64,000 nucleotides of DNA from NCBI GenBank assembly GCA_045863235.1, contig BTUM01000001.1, forward strand, positions 224,001 to 288,000, in the 5' to 3' direction. The position numbers and the translations under genes were made by a program. Shown here one piece after another: positions 19,511 through 28,963 of the stretch. This DNA comes from Candidatus Xenobia bacterium. GTDB taxonomy: Bacteria; Vulcanimicrobiota; Xenobia; Xenobiales; QWHO01. Below the pieces are notes generated by a model. The model was not told the origin of the DNA, ran no database searches, and saw nothing but the letters and a program-made list of their open reading frames with translations. Each line of letters starts with the position of its first letter. Position 1 is the first letter of the stretch.

Positions 19511-19972
19511 ATGAACACGATGAATTTCAGCGAAAGCTACACCTACCGACCGGGCCAGGTCCCGCCCAAAGAGGATTGGAGCGCCAGCGTTTCCTACCAG
19601 CGCGCCGAAGCGATGCACCAGACGGCTGAGCGCACGGCCGACTTCTTCCAGCGCTCTGACAACGGTGAGTTCGACGTCGATCCTCGCGAGGGGTATGTCC
19701 GACTGAAGAACGCGCCCGCCCCCGAGTTGCTCGAGCGCACCACGACCACGGTGACCGGCTTGCGGACCCCGGACGGCGACCTGCAGGTGACCGGCGAGAA
19801 CTCCGACGCGGCCCACCAGGCCAACTACGCGCCCACCACGCTGGCCATCCAGGGCCAGGAGGTCATCATGGACAGGCCTGTCTATCTCAACGACCGCTAC
19901 ATGAGCACGATCGAGAGCCTGAAGGACAACCCGGACGGCACCCGCACCTTCTCGATGAGCTACTACCAATAG
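19511..19972 (+). CDS. hypothetical protein
   Basis: Open frame with host-like codon usage from ATG 19511; TATAGT 7 nt upstream. Confidence 0.65.
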   Translation: MNTMNFSESYTYRPGQVPPKEDWSASVSYQRAEAMHQTAERTADFFQRSDNGEFDVDPREGYVRLKNAPAPELLERTTTTVTGLRTPDGDLQVTGENSDAAHQANYAPTTLAIQGQEVIMDRPVYLNDRYMSTIESLKDNPDGTRTFSMSYYQ

Positions 19973-20496
19973 TTACTCCGCTCTACTACGACTGTCAGGA
20001 GCTCGAGCAGCGCCTCCAGGCAGGGCCGAAGTCCGTTTTTCTGGCGGGACCGACCTCCCGCGGCGGGCGTACACCCTGGCGCCGAGAGGCGCTGCGTCTT
20101 TTCGAGCGGGCTGGTTTCGAGGGGATTGTGGTGCTGCCGGAGTTCCAGGACCGATTCTTCGAGGAGGCTGCTCCGGTCGTCTTCGGCCCGGGGGAGAGCT
20201 CGGTCCCCGGCATGCGCACAGTGAGCTACAACATCTTGCGCTGGGAAACCACCGGGATCGAGAGCTCCACGCGGGTGCTGTTCTGGATGCCCTTCAGCAT
20301 GGAGGATTCGCTCCCGGGCTTCACCACTCGCGCCGAGGTCTCGCGCGAAATCGCCCGGGCACCCCACCGCATCGTCGTTGGGATGCCTGCGGGAACGCTC
20401 TCAGGGGGACACATCCGCTATCACGCCCACCAGGCCGGGCTGACCATGCACCCGAGCCTCGAGGAGACCGTCCGGGCGGTCCTGGATAGACTGTAG
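19969..20496 (+). CDS. nucleoside 2-deoxyribosyltransferase-like protein (start uncertain)
   Basis: Frame upstream of the tracked GTG 20128 reads SVFLAGPTSRGGRTPWRREALRLF...VVLPE; later WE...VLFW...LPGFTTRAE. Confidence 0.65.
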   Translation: MVTPLYYDCQELEQRLQAGPKSVFLAGPTSRGGRTPWRREALRLFERAGFEGIVVLPEFQDRFFEEAAPVVFGPGESSVPGMRTVSYNILRWETTGIESSTRVLFWMPFSMEDSLPGFTTRAEVSREIARAPHRIVVGMPAGTLSGGHIRYHAHQAGLTMHPSLEETVRAVLDRL

Positions 20497-20540
20497 CTGT
20501 TCTACTCCCTCGCATCGACTGTGGGATGAATTCTCAACAG

Positions 20541-20636
20541 GTTGAACTTCGTCGCATCGCCCGTGCCACAACACTTGGAAGCGGTTCGAAACGAGTTTCT
20601 CACCGCACGTTTCGTGGCCCGGCGACGAAGTTTAGT
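20541..20636. repeat. long imperfect palindrome, family A, full copy
   Basis: Arms AACTTCGTCGC...GCCAC / GTGGC...GCGACGAAGTT; inner GCGGT-GAAAC/GTTTC-ACCGC; right half recurs at 61539-61587. Confidence 0.8.
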
Positions 20637-22164
20637 AAGCCACCGAGAACAGCACCTGCTCGCTGGTCTCCTCCCCGGTCACCACGCATTTGCCGCTGCC
20701 CGACTGGGCGAAGGGGATGACCCGTACGGTGCCCTTGGTCTCTTCCTTGATGCGGGCCTCCACCTCGCGGCTCTCCTTGAACCAGCAGCGCACGAAGCCC
20801 TTGCGCTCTTGCAGGGCGGCCTTCAGTTCGTCGTAGCTGGCGGCCTCGACGGTGTTCTGCTCGCGGTGGGCCAGGGCCCGGTCGAGCATGGCCTGCTGCA
20901 CCCGGGTCACTTCGCCCTGAAGCCAGGCGGCCGTGGCCTGATTCAGGTCGAAGAAATTCTTGGCCCCGTCAAAGCGGGTCTTGAGCACGAACGAGCTCTT
21001 GTCCACGTCCCGGGGACCGATCTCGAAGCGGAAGGGAACGCCCCGCTGCTCCCAGTGGAAGTGCTTCTCCACCGCCCGCATGTCGCGCAGGTCGAGCACC
21101 ACCTTCTGCTGGGCCCGCTCGTCGCAGAACACCGAGACCAGCTCGCGACCGTGATCGCGCTTGAGGGCCGCGTCCAGGCGCTCCTGGCCGCACACCCGGG
21201 CGATCAGCTGGTGGCAGAAGGCGACCACCTTCTCCTTCTCTTCGTCGTTCTTGTAGATGGGCACCACCGCGCCCAGAGTGGGGGCCACCCGGGGAGGCAG
21301 GATCAACCCTTCGTCATCCGAGTGCGTCATGATGAGCGCTCCGATGAGCCGGGTGCTCATGCCCCAGGAAGTGGTCCAGCAGTAGGAGAGCTGGTTGTCG
21401 CGCCCGAGGTACTTCATCTCGAAGGCCTTGGAGAAGTTCTGGCCCAGGTTATGGGAGGTGCCCGCCTGCAGGGCCTTGTTGTCTTGCATCAGGGCTTCCA
21501 CGCAGTAGGTGGTGACCGCCCCCGGAAACTTCTCCGATTCGGTCTTGCGGCCCTTGATGACGGGGATGGCCAGGAATTCGTGGGCGAAGTCGGAGTAGAC
21601 GTCCAGCATCCGGAGCGTCTCTTCCTCGGCCTCCTGAGCCGTCTCATGGGCGGTGTGCCCTTCCTGCCAGAGAAATTCTGCCGTGCGCAGGAACAATCGG
21701 GTGCGCATCTCCCAGCGCATCACGTTGGCCCACTGGTTGAGCAGCATGGGCAGGTCGCGGTAGCTCTGGATCCACTGGGCGTACATGTGGCCAAATAGGG
21801 TCTCGGAGGTGGGCCGGATGATCAGCGGCTCGGGCAGGGCTCCGGTGGGCTCGAGCCCGTTGTCCCCCTTTTGAAGCCCTCCATGGGTGACCACGGCGCA
21901 CTCCATGGCGAAGCCCTCGACGTGGTCGGCCTCCTTTTGCAGGAAGCTCACGGGAATCAGCACCGGGAAGTAAGCGTTGACGTGGCCCGTCTCCTTGAAG
22001 CGGAAGTCGAGGTCGCGCTGGATGGCCTCCCAGAGCGCGTAGCCGTTGGGGCGGATCACCATGCAGCCTCGCACGGGAGAATAGTCGGCCAGCTCAGCCG
22101 CCTTGATGACGTCGAGATACCATTCAGGGTAGTCCTTGGCGCGGGGGGTGATGTTGCGAGCCAC
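20632..22164 (-). CDS. proS: proline--tRNA ligase (archaeal/eukaryote-like type)
   Basis: IRPTSET, NQWANVMRWEMRTRLFLRTAEFLWQEGHTAH, LQAGTSHNLGQNF, SWGMSTR; ends in AY. Confidence 0.97.
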   Translation of the reverse strand: MARNITPRAKDYPEWYLDVIKAAELADYSPVRGCMVIRPNGYALWEAIQRDLDFRFKETGHVNAYFPVLIPVSFLQKEADHVEGFAMECAVVTHGGLQKGDNGLEPTGALPEPLIIRPTSETLFGHMYAQWIQSYRDLPMLLNQWANVMRWEMRTRLFLRTAEFLWQEGHTAHETAQEAEEETLRMLDVYSDFAHEFLAIPVIKGRKTESEKFPGAVTTYCVEALMQDNKALQAGTSHNLGQNFSKAFEMKYLGRDNQLSYCWTTSWGMSTRLIGALIMTHSDDEGLILPPRVAPTLGAVVPIYKNDEEKEKVVAFCHQLIARVCGQERLDAALKRDHGRELVSVFCDERAQQKVVLDLRDMRAVEKHFHWEQRGVPFRFEIGPRDVDKSSFVLKTRFDGAKNFFDLNQATAAWLQGEVTRVQQAMLDRALAHREQNTVEAASYDELKAALQERKGFVRCWFKESREVEARIKEETKGTVRVIPFAQSGSGKCVVTGEETSEQVLFSVAY

Positions 22165-22962
22165 TCAGGATCCTCGTTTCTGCAGGTGGGTGCGCACTTC
22201 CCAGAGATACGGGAAGCAGCGTTTGGAGAGGGTCGTCTCCAGGTAGCGAACCCCGGCCGAGCCTCCGGTGCCCCGTCGAAAGCCGATCACCCGCTCCACC
22301 ATCAGGACGTGGGTGTGGCGCCACTGGGCCAGGGCCTCGTCGAAGTCCATCATCGCTTCGCTGAGAAGGTACATCCTCAGGTTGCCGTCAGGGTGTTCGT
22401 AGAGTCGCACCAGGGCTTCCTGCAAACCTTCGCCGTCTTGCGCCAGGGAGCGCATGAGCAGGTCCTGGAAGGCCTGGTTGAGGTCGCGCTGCTCCATGCG
22501 ACGCTCGAGGATCTCACGAAACTCGGGGCGGTTCTTGAAGACCTCGAGGTACTGGGGGTCTTTCAAGCCGGCCATGGATTCGATCTCTCGAAATTGGATG
22601 GATTGAAAGCCGCTGGCCGGGTTGAGCCGGTCGCGAAAGAGCAGGAACTCGGCCGTGGCCATGGTCTCGATGATGCCGATCTGCTGCACGAGCAGGCGCA
22701 TGATCTTGCCGACCCGGGCCAGGTGGTGCTGGGCGCGCAACACGCGATCCACATCCATGGCTCGAATGGCCGATTCCATCTCGTGCAAGAGCTGCTTGAA
22801 CCAGAGCTCGAAGGCCTGGTGGATAATGATGAAGAGCAACTCGTCGTGGGCCGGCGGGTCGGCCCGGGGAGTCTGCAGCTCGAGCAGCTCGGGAATGCGG
22901 AGATAATCCTGGTAGGTGAGCTCGTTGGTTGCCAGGACGGGGGGGGCGTGAGGCTCTGCCAT
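22165..22962 (-). CDS. kynA: tryptophan 2,3-dioxygenase
   Basis: TYQDYL, HDELLFIIIHQAFELWFK, ASGFQSIQFREIE, GTGGS. Confidence 0.95.
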   Translation of the reverse strand: MAEPHAPPVLATNELTYQDYLRIPELLELQTPRADPPAHDELLFIIIHQAFELWFKQLLHEMESAIRAMDVDRVLRAQHHLARVGKIMRLLVQQIGIIETMATAEFLLFRDRLNPASGFQSIQFREIESMAGLKDPQYLEVFKNRPEFREILERRMEQRDLNQAFQDLLMRSLAQDGEGLQEALVRLYEHPDGNLRMYLLSEAMMDFDEALAQWRHTHVLMVERVIGFRRGTGGSAGVRYLETTLSKRCFPYLWEVRTHLQKRGS

Positions 22963-22999
22963 AGCGCGGGTGCTGTTCTGGTCTTCAGGGTGAATCCCT

Positions 23000-23512
23000 T
23001 CACAGGTAGGGGTTGGGAGCCACCACCCGGTTGTAGATCTGAAAGCCCACTTTCTGGTAGACGGGCAGGGCGCTGGGGTGGTCGAGGCTGCAGGTGTGGA
23101 CCCACAGTCGCCTCAGTCCGGGCCGCCAGGCCTGGCGCACGGTCCAGTCCAGGAACCAGATTCCCAGGCCGTGGCCGATGAACTCGGGGAAAAGTCCAAA
23201 GTACTCCAACTTGGCCTGACCGCGCTGGCTGAAGTTCAGCTCGCTGTAGCCGGCCGGCGTGCCCCTGCTGTAGAGCACGTAGATCTCCACGCCCGGCGAC
23301 CGAATCGCGGCCAGAAGCTCGGGATCGGCCAGCTTGCGCCGGTCGTGCCATTGCCACGCCCCGCCGACTCCCTGGTAGAGGTAGCGATAGAAGGCAGCTG
23401 TCGGCTGCTCGCAGCGCATGACGAGCGTCGCTGGCGGCGCCTCGCGCGGGCTCGAGCGCGGCGGCGCCAGCATCTCCAGGTAGGTGGTGGTGACCTCGGC
23501 AGGCTGCGACAT
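23000..23512 (-). CDS. GNAT acetyltransferase
   Basis: YFGLFPEFIGHGLG; WVHTCSLDHPSALPVYQKVGF. Confidence 0.9.
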   Translation of the reverse strand: MSQPAEVTTTYLEMLAPPRSSPREAPPATLVMRCEQPTAAFYRYLYQGVGGAWQWHDRRKLADPELLAAIRSPGVEIYVLYSRGTPAGYSELNFSQRGQAKLEYFGLFPEFIGHGLGIWFLDWTVRQAWRPGLRRLWVHTCSLDHPSALPVYQKVGFQIYNRVVAPNPYL

Positions 23513-23637
23513 GGCCAGGATCAGTATACACCCGGCGGCAGGCGATGAGTTCTGTTTCATGGATTAACATCCTGGCAATAATCCTGTTACAAAGCTTTAA
23601 CCTGGAGCACCGGGACTCGGGCCAGGAGCGCGGTAAC

Positions 23638-24093
23638 ATGACCATGCAGGAGGCTTTGATGCACGAATTCTCTGATCGAAAGCCGCGCCGACGGCGCCAC
23701 CCGCGGGTCGAATCTTCGGTCCCTCTCTTTTTTCAGGGAAAGCAGGCCTCAGGCCGCAGTCATACTTGCGACCTCAGCCTTACAGGGGCACGCCTGATCG
23801 TCTATGGCGAGGTGGAGCCCGACGAGGAGATTCAGGTGACTTTGAACCTGGCTGACCATGCCAGCGTCACTTTGACCGCCCGGGCGGTGTGGCGCGAGCA
23901 GAACGGCACGGTCAACACGGTTGGAGTGGAGTTCATCAATACCGGGGTGGGAGGGCGCGCCGCCCTGACTCAGTTCCTGGCTCAAAGAACCCCGCCCGAG
24001 CAGGAGCCCGTCTCGCCCCCCTGGGCCCACCGCGATCACTGGTTGACAGGCACCGGAAGTTGTGGGGGGCCCAAAGGGGCCGCTCTCAACTGA
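23638..24093 (+). CDS. PilZ domain protein
   Basis: RRRHPR and DLSLTG c-di-GMP-binding motifs; VGVEF. Confidence 0.85.
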   Translation: MTMQEALMHEFSDRKPRRRRHPRVESSVPLFFQGKQASGRSHTCDLSLTGARLIVYGEVEPDEEIQVTLNLADHASVTLTARAVWREQNGTVNTVGVEFINTGVGGRAALTQFLAQRTPPEQEPVSPPWAHRDHWLTGTGSCGGPKGAALN

Positions 24094-25510
24094 GGTCGAG
24101 CACCGAGTTCAAGTTCCCGAATGCGTCCGGCTCTCTGCGCAAGTTGGCCGGGTCTGGCAGCCATCTCCCATCCACGACCAGCTTGTAGCGGAAGGGGCCC
24201 TTGCCCGCGAACTGAATCCGGCAGCGCCAGATATCCTCGGCGATCTTTGCGTAGGGGTTGCGGGTATACTGCCAGTCGTTGAACTCACCGGCCAGGAACA
24301 CTTCTCGCGCCTGCGGGTTCTGGTAGGTGAAGACCAGCTCTCGCCCTTCCACCCGGGGAGCCTGGTGGGCGGGTGCCTCGGGCTGGTGGGCGTGGCGCGC
24401 CAGGGTTACCGCCCGGCGTGCGTTGACGACCCCGAAGCCCTGCATCAGGTTGGGCGTCCCGGCGATCCGATCGGCGGTGGAGATCAGAATGTGCCGGATC
24501 GCTGCCGGAGAGAGGCTGGGATTGACCTGGAGCATCTGGGCGATGATCGAGCTGACGATGGGGGCCGCGAACGAGGTCCCGTCCACGTGCCGATAATGGG
24601 GGTTGACGAACTTCTCCTGCTCGGCCAGTTGCTCGAGGGCGGCCCGAATCTCTCGGGGGGACAGGCCGCTGAGCCAGGACGGGAGCTCGGCCTGTTGGCG
24701 CAGGTTCTCCACCAGTCGCGGCAAGCTCTGGTCGTTGGCCCGGGCTAACCGAAAGACCGCGTCCGAGCGCCGATCGACCGGCATGCCCGGCAGAATCGGC
24801 GCGGCCACGTAGGCGGCCGGGCCGATGACCTCCGGCTTGATGAAACCATCGGCGTCGATGCCGTAGTGGTGGGCGTAGATCTCGATCCCTTCCTCGTCGG
24901 GCTGGCCCAGGTCGCTATATCCTCCTACGGTAAGCACGCCGGGGCTGTTGCAAGGAGGCACGTTGCTGTGGCTGTCGGGCTCGAAGGCATTGCCAGCTGC
25001 AGCCACCACCGCGATCCCTTGCCGGAAGCACTCCTCGGCAGCCTGCTCGACCGGATCATGCTGGTAGGCAACGTCATCTCCGTCTCCGAGCGAGATGTTC
25101 AGGACCCTGATGTTGTAACGCTCGCGGTTGGCCAGAACCCACTCCAGGCCTCGCAGGATGTCGTCTTCCGCCACGTCCACTTTGATCAGCACCAGCTCGG
25201 CTTCCGGGGCGATGGAACGGTAGATGCCCCCTGACAGGTAGCCATTGCCGGCCGCCACGACGGTCGTCATGGTGCCGTGCCACTGATCCGAGCCCCGGGG
25301 ATCCAGGGGGGCGTTCTCTCCGGTCAGGTCCACGTAGCTCAGAATGCGGTTGCGGGCTCGAGTGAGATCGGGATGGCTGGAGAAACCCGTGTCCAGGAAG
25401 GCGATGGTGACTCCCTTGCCGGTCAGGTCGGGGTCGGCATGCTCGCGCAGGGGGGTGGGCAGCACCCCGAAACGGCTGGTGAATCGGTCCGGGCGGCGAT
25501 GACGTAACAA
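24086..25510 (-). CDS. S8 subtilase (AprX-like) with C-terminal CBM48/AMPK-type glycogen-binding domain
   Basis: IAFLDTG, WHGT, AAAGN, GTSFAAP; tail VFLAGEFNDW...YKLVVDGRWLPDP; TTG 25510 after AAGGAGG. Confidence 0.9.
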   Translation of the reverse strand: MLRHRRPDRFTSRFGVLPTPLREHADPDLTGKGVTIAFLDTGFSSHPDLTRARNRILSYVDLTGENAPLDPRGSDQWHGTMTTVVAAGNGYLSGGIYRSIAPEAELVLIKVDVAEDDILRGLEWVLANRERYNIRVLNISLGDGDDVAYQHDPVEQAAEECFRQGIAVVAAAGNAFEPDSHSNVPPCNSPGVLTVGGYSDLGQPDEEGIEIYAHHYGIDADGFIKPEVIGPAAYVAAPILPGMPVDRRSDAVFRLARANDQSLPRLVENLRQQAELPSWLSGLSPREIRAALEQLAEQEKFVNPHYRHVDGTSFAAPIVSSIIAQMLQVNPSLSPAAIRHILISTADRIAGTPNLMQGFGVVNARRAVTLARHAHQPEAPAHQAPRVEGRELVFTYQNPQAREVFLAGEFNDWQYTRNPYAKIAEDIWRCRIQFAGKGPFRYKLVVDGRWLPDPANLRREPDAFGNLNSVLDLS

Positions 25511-25523
25511 GTCTTCCTCCTTC

Positions 25524-25590
25524 AGGAGCGGAGCCGGAACCCCCCCTGACACGGTTTTCCGGCTGCGCGACGCCCCGACATTTTGTGCCG
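25524..25590. repeat. REP-like palindrome, family B
   Basis: AGGAGCGGAGCCGGAACCCCCCTGACACGGTTTTCCGGCTGCGCGACGCCC closely matches 41358-41409. Confidence 0.8.
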
Positions 25591-25696
25591 GGCTCCTGGC
25601 GCTGCGGCCATTTCTGCCCGGTCGCGTCGGATTCCTCGGGAGGAGCCGCGAAAAGGCAGCGAGAATCCCGTGCTTCTCACGGTGCCGCGTAGCTGA

Positions 25697-28600
25697 ATGT
25701 CCTCCGGATACTATCAAAAACCAACTCTGCACGAAGACAGCGTCGTCTTCGTTTCTGAAGATGACCTCTGGTCGGTTCCGATCAAGGGAGGCGTGGCCCG
25801 CCGCCTGACCGCCAACCCGGGGCGTTCCTCCGAGCCGCATTTCTCGCCCGACGGCGCTTACCTGGCCTTCACCAATCGCGATGAGGGCCATCCCGAGGTG
25901 CACCTGATGGATGCGCGCGGGGGGGAGAGCCGCCGACTCACCTACCTGGGGGCCGATACGGTCGTGGTGGGCTGGAGCGGGGAGCACGTCTACTTCGCCA
26001 CCAATCGGGCTCTGCCGTTTCGCCGCATGTACGCGCTCGGGCGGGTTCACATTCATGGAGGACTGCCCGAGATCATGCCCTGGGGCCCCGCCAACGCGGT
26101 GGCCTTCGGACCCCGGGGGCAGGTGGTGGTGGGCCGACACACCTGGGACCCGGCCCGCTGGAAGCGCTACCGCGGTGGCACCGTAGGGCAACTCTGGATC
26201 GCCGATGCGGAAGAGGCTCCCTTTCGCAGCCTGATCCAGCTCGACGGCAACGTCACCCGACCGGTCTGGGTGGGGGAGCGCGTCTACTTTGGCTCTGACC
26301 ACGAGGGGGTTTGCAACCTCTACAGCTGCCGCCCCAACGGGCGCGATCTTCGCCGTCACACCGATCTCGAGTCCTACTACCTGCGCCATCCGGCCACGGA
26401 CGGGCGGCGCATCGTGTACCAGGCCGGGGCCGACCTTCATCTTTACGACCCGGCGAGCGACAAGAGCCGCAAGATCCCGATCGAGTACCGCAGCCCCCGT
26501 CCCCATCGCCAGCGGCGCTTCGTCAACCCTTACACCTACCTGGAGGATTCCGAGCTGCACCCGAAGGGCACCGGCATTCTCGCGGTGGTGCGCGGTCGGC
26601 CTTTTGCCTTCGCCCACTGGGAGGAAGGCGTCATCCAACTCGGCGAGCGGGACGGCGTTCGCTATCGCCTGTCCCGCTGGCTCAACGACTGCGAGCGCAT
26701 CCTCACCATCTCGGATCGGGGCGGCGAGGAGCACCTCGAGCTGCACTGGTTGGACGGGCGCAAACCGCCCGAGGCCCTCGCGCCTGACTTTGATCTGGGC
26801 CGGGCCCTCACGATGGAGATCTCGCCCACCCGCGATCAGGCTTTCCTCACCAACCATCGTCACGAGCTGTTGCTGGCCGACCTGAAGGAGAAGACCGTGC
26901 GCGTTCTGGACCGGTCACCCTATGACCGGATCCACGGCGCTTGCTGGTCTCCCAGTGGGCTGTCCATCGCTTACAGCTTCACCACCAGCCTGCATGTGAG
27001 CCAGCTCCGGCTCTACCTTTTGAACGAGGACCGCTGGTACGAGCTGACCCGCCCCCAGTTTCGCGACGTGGCCCCCAACTTCGATCCCGAAGGGCGTTAC
27101 CTGTACTTCCTGTCATACCGGGAGTTTGATCCCGTCTACGACAACCACTACTTCGACGCCGGCTTCCCCAAGGGGATGCGCCCTTACTGCATCACCATGC
27201 GCGCCGACCTTCCCTCGCCCTTTCTGGCCGAGCCCCGGGCTCCGGGCGAGAACGGCAAGTCCGGCAAGTCCAAGGACGAGAACGGCGAGGACAAGAAGAA
27301 GCGAAAGAAGGACGAGCCCGAGCCGCTCCCGGTCGACCTGGAGGGCATTCAAGACCGGGTGATCGCTTTGCCGGTTACCGAAGGCATCTATGGCCGGGTG
27401 GTGGGCCTGTCGGATCAGATCCTGTTCACCTCCTTCCCGGTGGAGGGCAGCCTGGGCAGCCACTGGTCCAACTCGCGCGAGCCCGCCGCCCGGGGCACCC
27501 TCTGGTCGTACGAGTTCAAGAGCCAGGAAACCAAGGAGCTGGCCACCAAGGTCACCGACTTCAAGCTCTCGCGCGATCGCAAGACCCTGGCCTACCGCTC
27601 GGGCTGGCGCCTGCGGGTGTTGCAGGCCGGCAAGAAGGCCGAAAGCACCGACACCACTCCCAGCCGCAAGACGGGCTGGCTGGCCCTCAGCCGGGTGCGC
27701 GTCTCGGTGAACCCGGTGCTGGAGTGGCGCCAGATGTTCCGCGAAGCCTGGCGCTTGATGCGCGAGCACTTCTGGACGGCCGACCTGTCGGGCGTGGACT
27801 GGGACGGCGTCTACCAGGAGTATCTGCCTCTGCTCAAGCGGATCAGCACCCGCAGCGAGCTGAGCGATCTGCTCTGGGAGATGCAGGGCGAGCTGGGCAC
27901 CTCCCACGCCTACGAGATGGGCGGCGACTATCCCAGCGAGCCCGGCTATCACATCGGCCACCTCGGAGCCGACCTTCGCTGGGATGACAAGCGCCAGGCC
28001 TATCGCGTCGACCACGTCTTGCGGGGCGACTCGTGGGACCCGACGCAGGACTCCCCGCTCAATCGGGTGGGGCTGGACATTCGCAAAGGCGACTTCCTGC
28101 TGGCCATCGACGGAGTGCCGCTCACGCGCCAGCTGACCCCCGAGCAGCTGCTGGTCAACCAGGCCGGCATGGAGGTGCAGCTCACCCTGCGCCGGGGCCG
28201 CTCCAAGCCCCGCCGGGTCTTCGTCAAGACGCTGCGCGACGAGACTCTGGCCCGCTACCGCGAATGGGTGGAGACCAATCGGAACAAGGTCCACCAGGCC
28301 AGCGGCGGGCGGGTGGGTTACATCCATATCCCCAACATGGGCCCCTGGGGGTTCTCCGAATTTCACCGCAGCTATTTCAGCGAGGTCGACCGCGAGGGGC
28401 TGGTGGTGGATGTGCGCTACAACGGGGGCGGCAACGTCTCGCAGATGCTGCTCGAGAAGCTGAGCCGGCGCCGCATTGGCTACGACTTCCAGCGCTGGGG
28501 CCAACCGGCTCCCTACCCGGCCGATTCACCCGGAGGGCCGCTGGTGGCCATCACCAACGAGCTGGCTGGCTCGGACGGAGACATCTTCAGCCACTGCTTC

Positions 28601-28933
28601 AAGCTGCTCAAGCTGGGCCCGCTGGTGGGTAAGCGCACCTGGGGAGGCGTCATCGGCATCTGGCCTCGCCATCGCCTGGTGGACGGCACCATCACCACCC
28701 AGCCCGAGTTCGCCTTCTGGTTCGAAGATGTGGGCTGGGCGCTGGAGAACTACGGCACCGACCCCGATGTGGAGGTGGAGCTGACCCCCCAGGACTGGGC
28801 CCGGGGGCGCGATCCTCAGCTGGACAAAGCTCTGGAGCTGATCCTGCAGGCTCTGGAGCGGCAGCCTCCCGCCCATCCAGGTGACCCCCCGCGTCCGCTG
28901 CGCACCCGGCCGCGGTTGCCGCGGAGGAAGTAG
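25697..28933 (+). CDS. tricorn protease (S41 family)
   Basis: N-terminal propellers (FVSEDDLW, WKRYRGG), GELGTSHAY, PDZ, DVRYNGGG, AGSDGD, RTWGG. Confidence 0.95.
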   Translation: MSSGYYQKPTLHEDSVVFVSEDDLWSVPIKGGVARRLTANPGRSSEPHFSPDGAYLAFTNRDEGHPEVHLMDARGGESRRLTYLGADTVVVGWSGEHVYFATNRALPFRRMYALGRVHIHGGLPEIMPWGPANAVAFGPRGQVVVGRHTWDPARWKRYRGGTVGQLWIADAEEAPFRSLIQLDGNVTRPVWVGERVYFGSDHEGVCNLYSCRPNGRDLRRHTDLESYYLRHPATDGRRIVYQAGADLHLYDPASDKSRKIPIEYRSPRPHRQRRFVNPYTYLEDSELHPKGTGILAVVRGRPFAFAHWEEGVIQLGERDGVRYRLSRWLNDCERILTISDRGGEEHLELHWLDGRKPPEALAPDFDLGRALTMEISPTRDQAFLTNHRHELLLADLKEKTVRVLDRSPYDRIHGACWSPSGLSIAYSFTTSLHVSQLRLYLLNEDRWYELTRPQFRDVAPNFDPEGRYLYFLSYREFDPVYDNHYFDAGFPKGMRPYCITMRADLPSPFLAEPRAPGENGKSGKSKDENGEDKKKRKKDEPEPLPVDLEGIQDRVIALPVTEGIYGRVVGLSDQILFTSFPVEGSLGSHWSNSREPAARGTLWSYEFKSQETKELATKVTDFKLSRDRKTLAYRSGWRLRVLQAGKKAESTDTTPSRKTGWLALSRVRVSVNPVLEWRQMFREAWRLMREHFWTADLSGVDWDGVYQEYLPLLKRISTRSELSDLLWEMQGELGTSHAYEMGGDYPSEPGYHIGHLGADLRWDDKRQAYRVDHVLRGDSWDPTQDSPLNRVGLDIRKGDFLLAIDGVPLTRQLTPEQLLVNQAGMEVQLTLRRGRSKPRRVFVKTLRDETLARYREWVETNRNKVHQASGGRVGYIHIPNMGPWGFSEFHRSYFSEVDREGLVVDVRYNGGGNVSQMLLEKLSRRRIGYDFQRWGQPAPYPADSPGGPLVAITNELAGSDGDIFSHCFKLLKLGPLVGKRTWGGVIGIWPRHRLVDGTITTQPEFAFWFEDVGWALENYGTDPDVEVELTPQDWARGRDPQLDKALELILQALERQPPAHPGDPPRPLRTRPRLPRRK

Positions 28934-28963
28934 GAGCCGCCCGGGCTATTATCTCCCAGAGCC

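Noticed and set aside
20541..20636. Integron attC site
   Set aside because: Ends only loosely fit RYYYAAC/GTTRRRY, the R-L spacer is fully paired, the adjacent gene is proS, and the recombinase remnants show no IntI insertion
25511..26863. N-terminal ~450 aa of the tracked 925-aa S8 ORF
   Set aside because: Antisense shadow of the tricorn gene; an RBS supports TTG 25510
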